NCBI GenBank assembly: GCA_046754105.1
Contig: JBHHVD010000034.1
Coordinates: 1-30,871, forward strand
Source of the DNA: Candidatus Krumholzibacteriia bacterium
GTDB taxonomy: Bacteria; Krumholzibacteriota; Krumholzibacteriia; WVZY01
Direction of reading: 5' to 3'
Length of the DNA stretch: 30,871 nt
In this document: positions 1 to 9,151 of the stretch, piece by piece
How the letters are laid out: each line of letters starts with the position of its first letter
How positions within the stretch are numbered: position 1 is the stretch's first letter
The notes under the pieces: model-generated
Databases searched by the model: none
What the model was told of the DNA's origin: nothing
What the model saw: only the letters and a program-made list of their open reading frames with translations
Made by a program: the position numbers and the translations under genes

Positions 1-273
1 GAGTACACGGCCGACTTCATCAGCGGCGGCGTCTTCAGCCTGGACGGCGTGCACCCGTCGAGCCTCGGGTATTTCATCGTCGCGCGGGAGTTTATCAAGA
101 CGATCAATGCCAGCTTCGGGGCCTCGCTCCCCGAACCGCCGCTGCCGATCGCGCCGGGGACCGCGGCTGCGATCGGCGCCAACGTTTCGCCGCTGGACTA
201 CGCGGCGGCGCTGCCGCCGGGTGCCCTGCGGGACGTGGTGCGGATGATGGGCGGCGTTTTGCCGCAGCAATAG
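1..273 (+). CDS. SGNH/GDSL-family hydrolase, C-terminal fragment (5' end outside window)
   Basis: Frame 1 is open from base 1 (EYTADFISGGVFSLDGVHPSSLGYFIVAREFIKTIN) to TAG at 271-273. FSLDGVHP is the block V DxxH motif of SGNH hydrolases. Confidence 0.8.
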   Translation, partial: EYTADFISGGVFSLDGVHPSSLGYFIVAREFIKTINASFGASLPEPPLPIAPGTAAAIGANVSPLDYAAALPPGALRDVVRMMGGVLPQQ

Positions 274-301
274 GGGGATGCGCGGGCGGAGGTCTTTGGA
301 C

Positions 302-331
302 TTGACCGCCCGCGTAACTCTATGATATAAT
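302..331 (+). promoter_or_regulatory. sigma70-type promoter with extended -10
   Basis: TTGACC (302-307), 18-nt spacer, TG at 323-324, perfect TATAAT (326-331), in an intergenic region facing the secreted-protein genes. Confidence 0.75.
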
Positions 332-344
332 GACCCGTTATTGA

Positions 345-480
345 TGGGTAGTTAGGCATTCGCCCGAACTTGCAGCGCCGGGTGCACGTTAGTCGTGCCT
401 GTACGCCGACCCACCACTAGAGGGCACACCGTCTGCTGAGATCTTATCCCCGCCGGGCGTCCGTCTGGCAACCTTACCCA
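345..480 (+). ncRNA. candidate structured RNA or leader (rod-like hairpin with internal bubble)
   Basis: Nested pairings found by eye: 345-350/475-480, 351-357/463-469 (with G-U pairs), 361-366/454-459, 373-376/435-438, 379-385/424-431, 389-393/416-420. It starts just downstream of the promoter. No RNA family could be assigned. Confidence 0.3.
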
Positions 481-704
481 AACATGCTCCGAGCGAGTCG
501 CCGTGCGATCGCGTGCGCGTCCGCCAGGCTTGCGAACACGTTATGTCTGAAGGGGGGACGTCCCGATGCGGAAGACCGCTATGGTGTCATTGCTCGCGCT
601 CGCAGCGATGACCTGGGGACACACGGATGCCGGCTCGACGAAGGCTGCCGCTCTGGACTTCAATACGGGGTTTGTCCCACCGGGAGAACCCTGGGGGAGA
701 TGTC

Positions 705-3700
705 ATGACTCGACCGGTCGTGCTGCTATGGCTTGCTTGTTCGGTTATTGTTGCTACCGCGATTCCCGGCCTTTCGCGCGCCAAGAAGATCGCGCCGGTG
801 GAGAGACCCCGGTTCGTCTCGCCGCCCGCACCGGCGGTGCTTCCGCCGGATTTGCGTGACTCGGGATCGCCCATGCTGTCTACGGCCGCGCCGGATACCT
901 TTCACCTGGCGTGGTTCGACTTCGACACCGGCGGCTTGCCGGACACGCAGGGGTGGACATCAGCCGATCTCACCGCGCAACTGGACGAGTTCTTTCACGT
1001 CGCCGACGCCACCGACCTCGACGGCGGGGATTTCGGCCGGCTGATCGTGCTCGAGGGCGCGCAGTCCCTGTGGTGCGGAACGCCGGCCTCCACCGCCGAG
1101 CCCTTCTGCGGGTGGGCGACGCTCCCCGGCTACGGCAACCGCTGGGATCAGCGCTTTACCTCGAAAATCTTCACCGGCTGCGACAGCGTCCGCATCTCGT
1201 ACAAGGTGATGTGGGACTCCGAACCGGGGTACGACCAGACCACGGTCGAGTACTTCGACGACGCCACCGGCAACTGGGTCGACTTCCCTGTCCGGGGTGG
1301 AGTGGGATACTACGACGGCTGGCCCTCGACGGGGGCGACGGTGGACAGTCTCGTCGCACAGGTCGGCATCTCCACAACGCAGATCCGGTTTCACTTCACG
1401 TCCGACGGCGCGTGGTCGGACCAGGACGGCATGTGGCCGACGGACGGCGCGGTGATCTTCGACAGCGTCTCGGTCGACTGCTACAGCGGCGGAGCGGTGA
1501 CGGAGTCGTACTTCGAGGACTTCGAGGGTGAGGCGCCGGGCTCGAGGGTCACAGACGACGGCGTGTGGACGGCGACGCCGTCGCCCAGCTACGGGAGGTT
1601 CGCCGACCTCTACCCCGGCGTCGGCGTGCTGCAGGAAGACCCGTGCGTTACCGCCACCACCGCCGTCTGGGGCTGGTTCGACGACCCGGTGAACACCAAC
1701 TACGCCTGCCACACGCCGGACCCAAGGCCGGACGTGGGCGCCGTTCCGTACGGCAACGCCGAGGGTCTTTACCTGGACAATGCCATCTGGTCACCACGGA
1801 TTCCGTTTGCGGGCAGCGGCAGCAAGGTCTTCTTTGTCGAAAAGGTCTACCGCGACCAGGCCCTCGACAATCTCATTTTCTACAGCCTCGACATGCGCTC
1901 GTACGTCACCGGCTGCGCGGAACGATGGGAACGGATCGAGCACACGATCTACGGCAACCAGAAAACCTGGCTGACCCGCGCCTGGAGCGTGGGCCACGCC
2001 GTCGATCCAGGCGCCTTGGAACTTCAGTTTCAGATTCGTGTCTGGGACGGGTGCGCATTCTGGTGCAACATCTTCGGCACCGGCCAATGCCACGGGCACG
2101 CGCCGCTGTGGGACAGCATACACGTCATCCGCGTCGACGATAATGGGCCGCAGTTCATCGTGCGCCACTTCGATCTCTTTCAGGACAATTTCGCCGACGA
2201 CGGAACGCCGACCGGCACGGCACGCGCCGACGCCGCCAACGACATCATGCCGTCGAACAATCCGGCGATTCTACCCGGAGATTCCATCACCATCACGCTG
2301 AACGATCCGGAAGCCGGGCTGGGCACCGACGCCTTTACCGGTGTCGGACCCGCCGCGTACGTGTATGCCACCGTCCTGCCCCCCAACCAGCCGGGCAAGT
2401 CGGGGGCCAACCTCGAGGCGCCCGAAAGCCGCACCGCCGGCAAGCGCTATCCCCTGGTGGACAGCCTGCTGCAGGGCGGCGTGCAGTGGTATTGCTTCCG
2501 TATGGATACTGCGTTCACGAGTTCAGGGTTTCCGATGTCGGATCGCTTCTGTTTCGATCTCAACGACGGCGTGTTCACGCCGGGAGACACGATCCTCTAC
2601 GTGCTGGCTGCGGAGAACACGGCCTTGCAGACGAACTATTTTTCGCGGCGGATGAACGGCCAGGGAGACGATTTTCTGACCGGCGACCAGGCGGAGGCTC
2701 TGAACAGCCCGATGGAGTTTACCATCCTGCCGGCTGGCGGCTGGCTGCGGGGCGGAAGCATTCTCTACGTGGATGACACGGACGACCGCGGGGGTCCGGC
2801 ACAGATGTTCTTCGATACGGCCTTCAGTCAGTTCGGTTCGGTCGGCAACCTGTCGCTCGTCGATCGATACGACGTTCTGGCACCGGCGTCGGCCGTGGGC
2901 AACAGCCTCGCCTCGCGCGTTGCAAATGTCGCCGGCCAGATCATGGCGCCCTACCGGACGATCATCTGGAACTCGGGCGACCTCTCCACCGGCCTGCTCG
3001 GCGACGGTGGCGCCCCCAACGGTGGCGGCAGCCCGGAGAAAGCGGACGACTACGCCCTTCTCTTCCAGTTCCTGGACACGCATTCCAACAACCCGGGTCT
3101 CTACGTCAGCGGGGACGACGTCGCGTCCGACTGGGCGGCGCTGACGGGCCTCGCCGCCGTTAATACGCGCTCGACCTATATGAACTTCAACCTGGACCCC
3201 GCCGCACCGGATGGCAGCCACGTCACCGCCGGCGAGCCCATCTCGCCGACGCTGGATGCCGTGGGCCCGATCGGCAGCGCTACCAGCGATCAGCTCGTCG
3301 CATACGGCGGGTGCCCGGTGATCAATGATTTCGACCTGCTGGTGCCGGCCGGATCTTCGGTGGCCGAGTTCAGCGACCTGGCAACGGGCAAGACCTACGT
3401 CTTGAGCAATAGCACGCCCAATTCCGGCGGCTCGACCGCGCGGGTGGTCCTGTCGGGGTTCAGCTATCATTACATCCGCGACACCGGCGTTCCCGGAACG
3501 GTACTCGCCCGCATCACGCACTTGCAGCACGTGCTGGAATGGCTTCAAAACCTTGTGGTGATCGGGTCGGGAATCGACGATATCCCGTCGCTGGTCAACC
3601 GGCTCGAACCCAACTACCCCAACCCGTTCAACCCGGTGACCACGATCCGCTATGCGATAAAGGAACGCGGCCACGTATCGCTTCGCATCTATAACGCGGC

Positions 3701-3875
3701 GGGGCAGTTGGTACGAACCCTGGTAAACGAAGTGCAAACACCCCTAGCGGGCGGGTTCGAAACGACCTGGGACGGCCGCAACAACGCCGGCCAATTCGTA
3801 TCGAGTGGGGTCTACTTCTACAAGATGGTGGCCGGAGGATTCTCGCAAACAAGGAAGATGGTGCTCTTGAAGTGA
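705..3875 (+). CDS. large secreted protein with C-terminal FlgD-Ig/T9SS type A-like sorting domain (paralogue 1, 1056 aa)
   Basis: GGGGGAG RBS before ATG 705 and signal peptide MTRPVVLLWLACSVIVATAIPGLSRA, so 705 is preferred over the ORF-track start 627. C-terminus NYPNPFNPVTTIRY...LRIYNAAGQLVRTL...WDGRN...SSGVYFYKM...TRKMVLLK. Confidence 0.88.
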   Translation: MTRPVVLLWLACSVIVATAIPGLSRAKKIAPVERPRFVSPPAPAVLPPDLRDSGSPMLSTAAPDTFHLAWFDFDTGGLPDTQGWTSADLTAQLDEFFHVADATDLDGGDFGRLIVLEGAQSLWCGTPASTAEPFCGWATLPGYGNRWDQRFTSKIFTGCDSVRISYKVMWDSEPGYDQTTVEYFDDATGNWVDFPVRGGVGYYDGWPSTGATVDSLVAQVGISTTQIRFHFTSDGAWSDQDGMWPTDGAVIFDSVSVDCYSGGAVTESYFEDFEGEAPGSRVTDDGVWTATPSPSYGRFADLYPGVGVLQEDPCVTATTAVWGWFDDPVNTNYACHTPDPRPDVGAVPYGNAEGLYLDNAIWSPRIPFAGSGSKVFFVEKVYRDQALDNLIFYSLDMRSYVTGCAERWERIEHTIYGNQKTWLTRAWSVGHAVDPGALELQFQIRVWDGCAFWCNIFGTGQCHGHAPLWDSIHVIRVDDNGPQFIVRHFDLFQDNFADDGTPTGTARADAANDIMPSNNPAILPGDSITITLNDPEAGLGTDAFTGVGPAAYVYATVLPPNQPGKSGANLEAPESRTAGKRYPLVDSLLQGGVQWYCFRMDTAFTSSGFPMSDRFCFDLNDGVFTPGDTILYVLAAENTALQTNYFSRRMNGQGDDFLTGDQAEALNSPMEFTILPAGGWLRGGSILYVDDTDDRGGPAQMFFDTAFSQFGSVGNLSLVDRYDVLAPASAVGNSLASRVANVAGQIMAPYRTIIWNSGDLSTGLLGDGGAPNGGGSPEKADDYALLFQFLDTHSNNPGLYVSGDDVASDWAALTGLAAVNTRSTYMNFNLDPAAPDGSHVTAGEPISPTLDAVGPIGSATSDQLVAYGGCPVINDFDLLVPAGSSVAEFSDLATGKTYVLSNSTPNSGGSTARVVLSGFSYHYIRDTGVPGTVLARITHLQHVLEWLQNLVVIGSGIDDIPSLVNRLEPNYPNPFNPVTTIRYAIKERGHVSLRIYNAAGQLVRTLVNEVQTPLAGGFETTWDGRNNAGQFVSSGVYFYKMVAGGFSQTRKMVLLK

Positions 3876-3969
3876 GGGCTGAGGGCTCGTAGGAGTCCAC
3901 GGTGCGTTCGTAACAGTTACCCGGTACGTCCGGGAATGTGTCCGACCCGCTCTGGCAAGGGAGTGTGTT

Positions 3970-6900
3970 ATGAAACGGTTCTTCTCGTATTCCCTGTGCT
4001 GTTGCCTTCTCGTTGCGCTACTTGCCATGGGCTCGTACGCAAAGAACATTGAACCCCGGGAGACCCCACGGTTTTATTCTCCACCGGTCCAGGAGAATCT
4101 CCCGCCGGATATCCAACGGCGGTTGCCGGCGCCGAGGCTTTCCACCGTGGCGAGCGACACATTCAACCTCGGCTGGTACAGTTTTGACTCCATGGGCGCC
4201 GCCGACCCGCAGGGCTGGACCAGTCACGACCGGACCTCGCAGTTGGGGATCATGTTCCATGTAGCCAACGGCACCGAGCTGACCGGCGGTACCAGTGGCA
4301 AGCTGGTGCCGCTCGAGGGCAGCCAGTCGATGTGGTGTGGCGCACCGGCCAGCAGCAGCGCGCCATTCTGCAGTTGGGCGACGCTGCCCGGCTACGGTAA
4401 CAACTGGGACCAGCAGCTGGCAACGGCTACGCTGTCCGGCGACAGCGTTCGCATCGGCTACAAGGTCTTCTGGGAAGCCGAGCCGGGGTACGACGGCACC
4501 GTGCTGGAATATTCCGGTGACGGCGGTGCGAGTTGGCAAGACTTGCCCGTGGGGCAGGGTCTCACGTACCGCGCGAGTGTCTACGACGGCGGCCCGTTGT
4601 CGCTCGTGGAGATGTTCGTCATCGGCGGTTTGAGCTCTGTAGACCTCCGATTTGTATTCACGTCCGATGGCGCGTGGTCGGATGAAGACGGTATGTGGCC
4701 CACCGACGGGGCGATACTGCTCGATAGTATCTCGATCGAGACGTTCTCCGGCGGTGTCAGCAACGGCCTGCTTTTCTCGGACTTCGAAGCGGCTGCTACA
4801 GGGGATCATACCGACGGCGTCTGGACCGGGACCGTGCCGGCGCCGTTCGGGGACTTCGCTGCGCTCTACCCGGGCGTGGCGGTTCTGCAGGACCGGGATG
4901 CCTGCTTTGCGAATTTGAGCTATTTCTGGGGATTTTTCGACGACCCGGCCAGCACCAACTATGCCTGTGCAGTCCCCGACCCTCACCCCGAGCAGGGTGC
5001 GATTCCTTTCGAGAAGGACGGGGTCTACATCAGCAATGAAATCTGGTCACCGCTCATCCCGTACGCCGGCGCCGGAAACGAGGTTCGCCTGGAGTACCTG
5101 CGGTACCTGGACTTCGACCAGAACATGTTGTTGCGGGACTCGTGGTTCGTGCGCTCCTGGATCGGGGGTTGTCCGGGTCCCTGGCAGTGGGACAATTTTG
5201 TATTCTTCGGTCCTTTTGCCAATGGATGGCGCCGGGTCTCTCGCCGCGTTGGTGTTCACATCGACCCCGCCGCCGAGCAGATCCAGATTGCGCTGGGTGT
5301 GGTGGATATGTGCCCCGTCTGGTGTAACGTCTTCGGTACCGGTAGCTGCCACAGCCACGCACCACTCTACGACGAAGTCCACGTCAAACGCATCAACGTG
5401 CTGGGACCCGAGTTCTATGTGCGGCATATCGATCTCTTCCAGGATAACTTCGCCGAAGACGGCACGCTGACCGGTACGGCGCGCGCGGATGCCGCGAACG
5501 ATATAGCCCCGACGAATAGTCCGACCATTCAACCCGGCGACTCGGTGACGATGGACATCACGAACGTCGGTACGGATCCGTTCACGGGAGAAGGCCCGGC
5601 GGGCTACTGCTATGTGGCCGTGTGGCCCCAGGGACAGGCCGGCAAGGCCGGTGCCGATATCCAGGCGCCGGAGACCCGCGCGGGCCTGGCCGCGGCGGGC
5701 GGCAGGCGCTGGCCGCTGGTCGCCAGCCCCGTGCTCGCCGGTGCGCAGTGGTACCAGTTCCGGATGGATACCGCCTTTACAAGCGCCGGCGTCCCGGTGG
5801 CCGACCGGTTCTCGATCGATCTCAATGACAACCTCTTCACGCCGGGTGACACCGTCTGCTACTTTTTCGGCGGCGATGACGGCGCGGGGAATGCCGCGTA
5901 CTTTCACCGGACGCTCGACGGCCAGGGCTCGAACAACATCACGCCGGACATCAACGAGGCCGCGGGCAGCCCCATGGAGTTCACGATCCTTCCCGCCGGC
6001 GGCAACGCCCGGGGCGGTGACCTCCTCTACGTGGACGATACGGACGACCGGGGTGGCCCGGCCCAGCTCTTTTTCGACACGGCGTTCGACTGGTTGCAGA
6101 TCCGCGATCGCGTAGACCGCTACGACGTCCTCGGGCCCTCCTCCGGTGTCTCCAACAGCCTCGGTGCTCGCGTTCAGAACGTGGCGACCCAGATCATGGG
6201 TCCATACAGAACGATCATCTGGAACAGCGGTGACCTGTCCTCCAACCTCATTAACGACGGCGGCTGGCAAGCGGGGGGCGGCAGCTCGGACAAGTCGCCC
6301 GACTTCTCGCTGCTCTTCCAGTTCATCGATTCGCACACGAACAATCCGGGCGTCTATTATAGTGCCGACGACGGCGCCTACGACTGGGCGACCGTTCTCA
6401 CCGGCACCGCCGCCGTCAACATGAGGTCGATCTACATGGAGTTCAACCTCGACCCGGCGGCGCCGGCCGGGGACCACCGGGCCGCGGGCGAGCCCATTTC
6501 TCCAACGCTGGATGCCGTGGGAGCGATTGGCAGCGCGGATTCGGAACAGCTGGTGGTCTACGGCGGTTGCGCGTTGATCAATGACTTTGATCTCTTGAGC
6601 GCCACGGGGCTGTCCGTCGCCGAGTACAACAACCTCTTGACCGGCAAGACCTACGTCCTGAGCCAGACGACGCCGAACTCGGCGGGCAGTAACGCGCGTT
6701 TCGTTCTGTCCGGTTATAGTTATCACTACATCCGTGACGTCGGTCCACCGGGGGCGGTCCCGGCGCGTGTGACGCACCTGGAGAACATTCTCATATTCAT
6801 GCAAGCCGGGCCCCTTACCATCCCAACCGGGTTTGACGAATCACCGCAACTGGTCAACCGGCTCGAACCCAATTACCCCAACCCGTTCAACCCGGTGACA

Positions 6901-7134
6901 ACGATCCGCTATGCGATAAAGGACCGCGGCCACGTATCGCTCCGCGTCTACAACGCGGCGGGGCAGTTGGTGCGAACGCTGGTCAACGACGTGCGGGCAC
7001 CCCGGGCGGGTGGGTTCGAGGCAACCTGGGACGGCCGCAACAACGCCGGCCAGGTGGTTTCCAGCGGGGTCTATTTCTACCGTCTGGTAACGGAGGGCTT
7101 TACAGGGACGCGGAAAATGGTTTTATTGAAATGA
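3970..7134 (+). CDS. large secreted protein with C-terminal FlgD-Ig/T9SS type A-like sorting domain (paralogue 2, 1054 aa)
   Basis: AAGGGAG RBS, signal peptide MKRFFSYSLCCCLLVALLAMGSYA, colinear with paralogue 1 over its full length (ATLPGYGN, FTSDGAWSD, DLFQDNFA, SPMEFTILPAGG, YVDDTDDRGGPAQ) and the same NYPNPFNP C-terminal domain. Confidence 0.9.
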   Translation: MKRFFSYSLCCCLLVALLAMGSYAKNIEPRETPRFYSPPVQENLPPDIQRRLPAPRLSTVASDTFNLGWYSFDSMGAADPQGWTSHDRTSQLGIMFHVANGTELTGGTSGKLVPLEGSQSMWCGAPASSSAPFCSWATLPGYGNNWDQQLATATLSGDSVRIGYKVFWEAEPGYDGTVLEYSGDGGASWQDLPVGQGLTYRASVYDGGPLSLVEMFVIGGLSSVDLRFVFTSDGAWSDEDGMWPTDGAILLDSISIETFSGGVSNGLLFSDFEAAATGDHTDGVWTGTVPAPFGDFAALYPGVAVLQDRDACFANLSYFWGFFDDPASTNYACAVPDPHPEQGAIPFEKDGVYISNEIWSPLIPYAGAGNEVRLEYLRYLDFDQNMLLRDSWFVRSWIGGCPGPWQWDNFVFFGPFANGWRRVSRRVGVHIDPAAEQIQIALGVVDMCPVWCNVFGTGSCHSHAPLYDEVHVKRINVLGPEFYVRHIDLFQDNFAEDGTLTGTARADAANDIAPTNSPTIQPGDSVTMDITNVGTDPFTGEGPAGYCYVAVWPQGQAGKAGADIQAPETRAGLAAAGGRRWPLVASPVLAGAQWYQFRMDTAFTSAGVPVADRFSIDLNDNLFTPGDTVCYFFGGDDGAGNAAYFHRTLDGQGSNNITPDINEAAGSPMEFTILPAGGNARGGDLLYVDDTDDRGGPAQLFFDTAFDWLQIRDRVDRYDVLGPSSGVSNSLGARVQNVATQIMGPYRTIIWNSGDLSSNLINDGGWQAGGGSSDKSPDFSLLFQFIDSHTNNPGVYYSADDGAYDWATVLTGTAAVNMRSIYMEFNLDPAAPAGDHRAAGEPISPTLDAVGAIGSADSEQLVVYGGCALINDFDLLSATGLSVAEYNNLLTGKTYVLSQTTPNSAGSNARFVLSGYSYHYIRDVGPPGAVPARVTHLENILIFMQAGPLTIPTGFDESPQLVNRLEPNYPNPFNPVTTIRYAIKDRGHVSLRVYNAAGQLVRTLVNDVRAPRAGGFEATWDGRNNAGQVVSSGVYFYRLVTEGFTGTRKMVLLK

Positions 7135-7176
7135 GCGCTGCTGCTTAGCCGCGCAAGAGAGCCATTGGTCCATGTA

Positions 7177-7212
7177 AAAGGGCTTCCTGCATCGTGGGAA
7201 GCCCTTTATTTT
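7177..7212. terminator. intrinsic terminator, probably bidirectional
   Basis: Perfect 11-bp stem AAAGGGCTTCC (7177-7187) / GGAAGCCCTTT (7197-7207) followed by ATTTT, with an A-run on the left, between convergent genes. Confidence 0.8.
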
Positions 7213-7297
7213 CAAACCTTTTCGACGATCTGGCTCAGGGTGACCGGCCGCCGCATCGACGGGCCCGGCCGGAGCGGGCGATCGCGTTCCGGGTCGG

Positions 7298-9082
7298 CTA
7301 GACCTCGTATTTCTCCCGGGCGATGAAATGATCCGCGATCTCGAGCCGTAGCGCCAGCGAGTCGATCGGGGTATAACGGGTCAGCCGCCGTAGCGCCGCC
7401 AGCAGGGTCCTCAGCTCGTCGCCCTCGGAGCAGGCGGCCAGCACCTCGCGTGCCCACAGATCGACCTTGCCCATGGTTTCGTTGACATAGAGCCTCGTCA
7501 TCTGGACCATGATCGCCGCCTCTTCTTCACCCTTCTGAGCCGCGACCTTGAGCGTCCTCAGCATCGCCGATTCCATGCTGTACGCTTCGATGATGATGTC
7601 GGCGAGCCCACCGAGGACTCCTTGCTGGTCCTGGAGTTTCTTCATGTACTTCTGGGCGGCGAGACCGACCGTCATCAGCACGACCTTCTTGACGTTCTGG
7701 ATGAGCCTGGCCTCCCCGGCCAGCAGCCCGCCGTCCTCGTCCATATCCATCGAGGGCATTTCCAAAAGCTCGCCCTGGAGCTTCTTGGCCGCTTCGAGGA
7801 GCGGCAGCTCGCCCTTCATCGCCTTCTTGAGGAGCATGCCCGGAATGAGCATGCGGTTGATCTCGTTGGTGCCCTCGTAGATGCGCGCGATGCGCGCGTC
7901 CCGGTAGTAGCGCTCGGCCGGATACTCCTCGATGTAACCGTAGCCGCCGTATATCTGCACCGTCTCGTCGACCACGTAGTCGAGCATCTCGCTGCCCTTG
8001 ACCTTCATGATCGAGCACTCGGTGGCGTACTCCTCGATCCCTTTCATGGTCAACTCCGCGGCGTTCGCGGCGTTCTTGTCGATCGGCAGCAGGATCTCGT
8101 CGAGCAGCCCCGCCGTGCGGTACGACATGCTGTCCACCACGTAGATGTAGGTCGCCATGTTGGCGATCTTGTTCTGGATCATGCCGAACGAGGCGATCGG
8201 CTGCCCGAACTGGCGGCGCTCCCTGGCATACTTGATCGAATCGTCCAGCGCCAGCTTGGCGCCTCCGACGCAGCCCACTCCCAGCTTGAAGCGCCCCACG
8301 TTGAGGATATTGAATGCGATCCGGTGCCCCTTTCCGCGCTCGCCGAGCAGGTTCTCGACCGGGACCTTCACATTGTCCAGGAAGAGCCCGACCGTGGAGG
8401 AGCCGCGGATACCGAGCTTCTTTTCCTCGGGACCGACCGTGAGACCCTTGTAATCCTTCTCGACGATAAAACAGGAGAACTCCTCGCCGCCGATCTTGGC
8501 AAAAACGATAAAGACGTCCGCAAAGGTGCCGTTGGAGATAAACGTCTTGTCGCCGTTTAACACCCAGTGCTTGCCGTCCTCCGAGAGGTCGGCGCGCGAC
8601 TTCGCGGCCAGGGCGTCGGAACCGCTACCGGCCTCGGTCAGCGCGTAGGCGCTGATGATCTCGGCGTTGGCGAGGCGCGGCAGGTATTTCTGCTTCTGCT
8701 CGTCGGTTCCAAAATAAACGATCGGCAGCGTGCCGATACCGGTGTGGCCGCCGAACGTGGTCGCAAACGCCCCACCCTTGGAGATGATCTCGGTAACTAA
8801 CATCGACGTGGCCTTGTCCAGCTCGAGGCCGCCGTACTTCTCCGGGATGTCGATCATCAACAGGCCCAGCTCACCGGCCTTCTTCAGAAGGCTCGCCATG
8901 GCGCCTTCCTCTTTGGCCTCGGTTTTCTCCAGGTTGGTGATGATCTCATTTTGCAGAAAATCTTCGGCGGTCTTCGCGAACATCTTCTGCTCCTCGGTGA
9001 AATCCTCCGGGCTGAAGATGCTCTCGGGGTCCGTCTCGGTGATTAAAAAGGTTCCGCCCTTCTTGCCTACGTCGATCGCCAT
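7298..9082 (-). CDS. fadE: acyl-CoA dehydrogenase (long FadE/YusJ type, 594 aa)
   Basis: Motifs YALTEAGSGSD, GDKTFISNG, EKKLGIRGSST, LNVGRF, RRQFGQPI, QIYGGYGYIEEY, RIYEGTNEINR. An AAGGAG RBS precedes ATG at 9082. Confidence 0.92.
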   Translation of the reverse strand: MAIDVGKKGGTFLITETDPESIFSPEDFTEEQKMFAKTAEDFLQNEIITNLEKTEAKEEGAMASLLKKAGELGLLMIDIPEKYGGLELDKATSMLVTEIISKGGAFATTFGGHTGIGTLPIVYFGTDEQKQKYLPRLANAEIISAYALTEAGSGSDALAAKSRADLSEDGKHWVLNGDKTFISNGTFADVFIVFAKIGGEEFSCFIVEKDYKGLTVGPEEKKLGIRGSSTVGLFLDNVKVPVENLLGERGKGHRIAFNILNVGRFKLGVGCVGGAKLALDDSIKYARERRQFGQPIASFGMIQNKIANMATYIYVVDSMSYRTAGLLDEILLPIDKNAANAAELTMKGIEEYATECSIMKVKGSEMLDYVVDETVQIYGGYGYIEEYPAERYYRDARIARIYEGTNEINRMLIPGMLLKKAMKGELPLLEAAKKLQGELLEMPSMDMDEDGGLLAGEARLIQNVKKVVLMTVGLAAQKYMKKLQDQQGVLGGLADIIIEAYSMESAMLRTLKVAAQKGEEEAAIMVQMTRLYVNETMGKVDLWAREVLAACSEGDELRTLLAALRRLTRYTPIDSLALRLEIADHFIAREKYEV

Positions 9083-9151
9083 ATCATGACTCCTTGCTCG
9101 AAATGCTCGCGGTGCCGCTCGAAGCGGCGTCACCCGCGCGCCGATCGCCGA

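Noticed and set aside
627..704. ORF-track start at 627 for paralogue 1
   Set aside because: The RBS and signal peptide fit ATG 705, which also aligns with the start of paralogue 2.
3910..3920. Palindrome GTAAC-A-GTTAC between the two paralogues
   Set aside because: Short and single, with no second copy seen upstream of paralogue 1, so it cannot be told from chance.
2523..6804. Long antisense ORFs (404, 322 and 585 aa) opposite the secreted-protein genes
   Set aside because: Typical shadow ORFs of GC-rich coding DNA, with biased composition and no motifs.
3591..7050. Diversity-generating retroelement (TR/VR pair) suggested by the near-identical C-terminal repeats
   Set aside because: Mismatches are not adenine-specific (several C/T and C/G changes, mostly synonymous), both copies are coding, and no reverse transcriptase is in the window.
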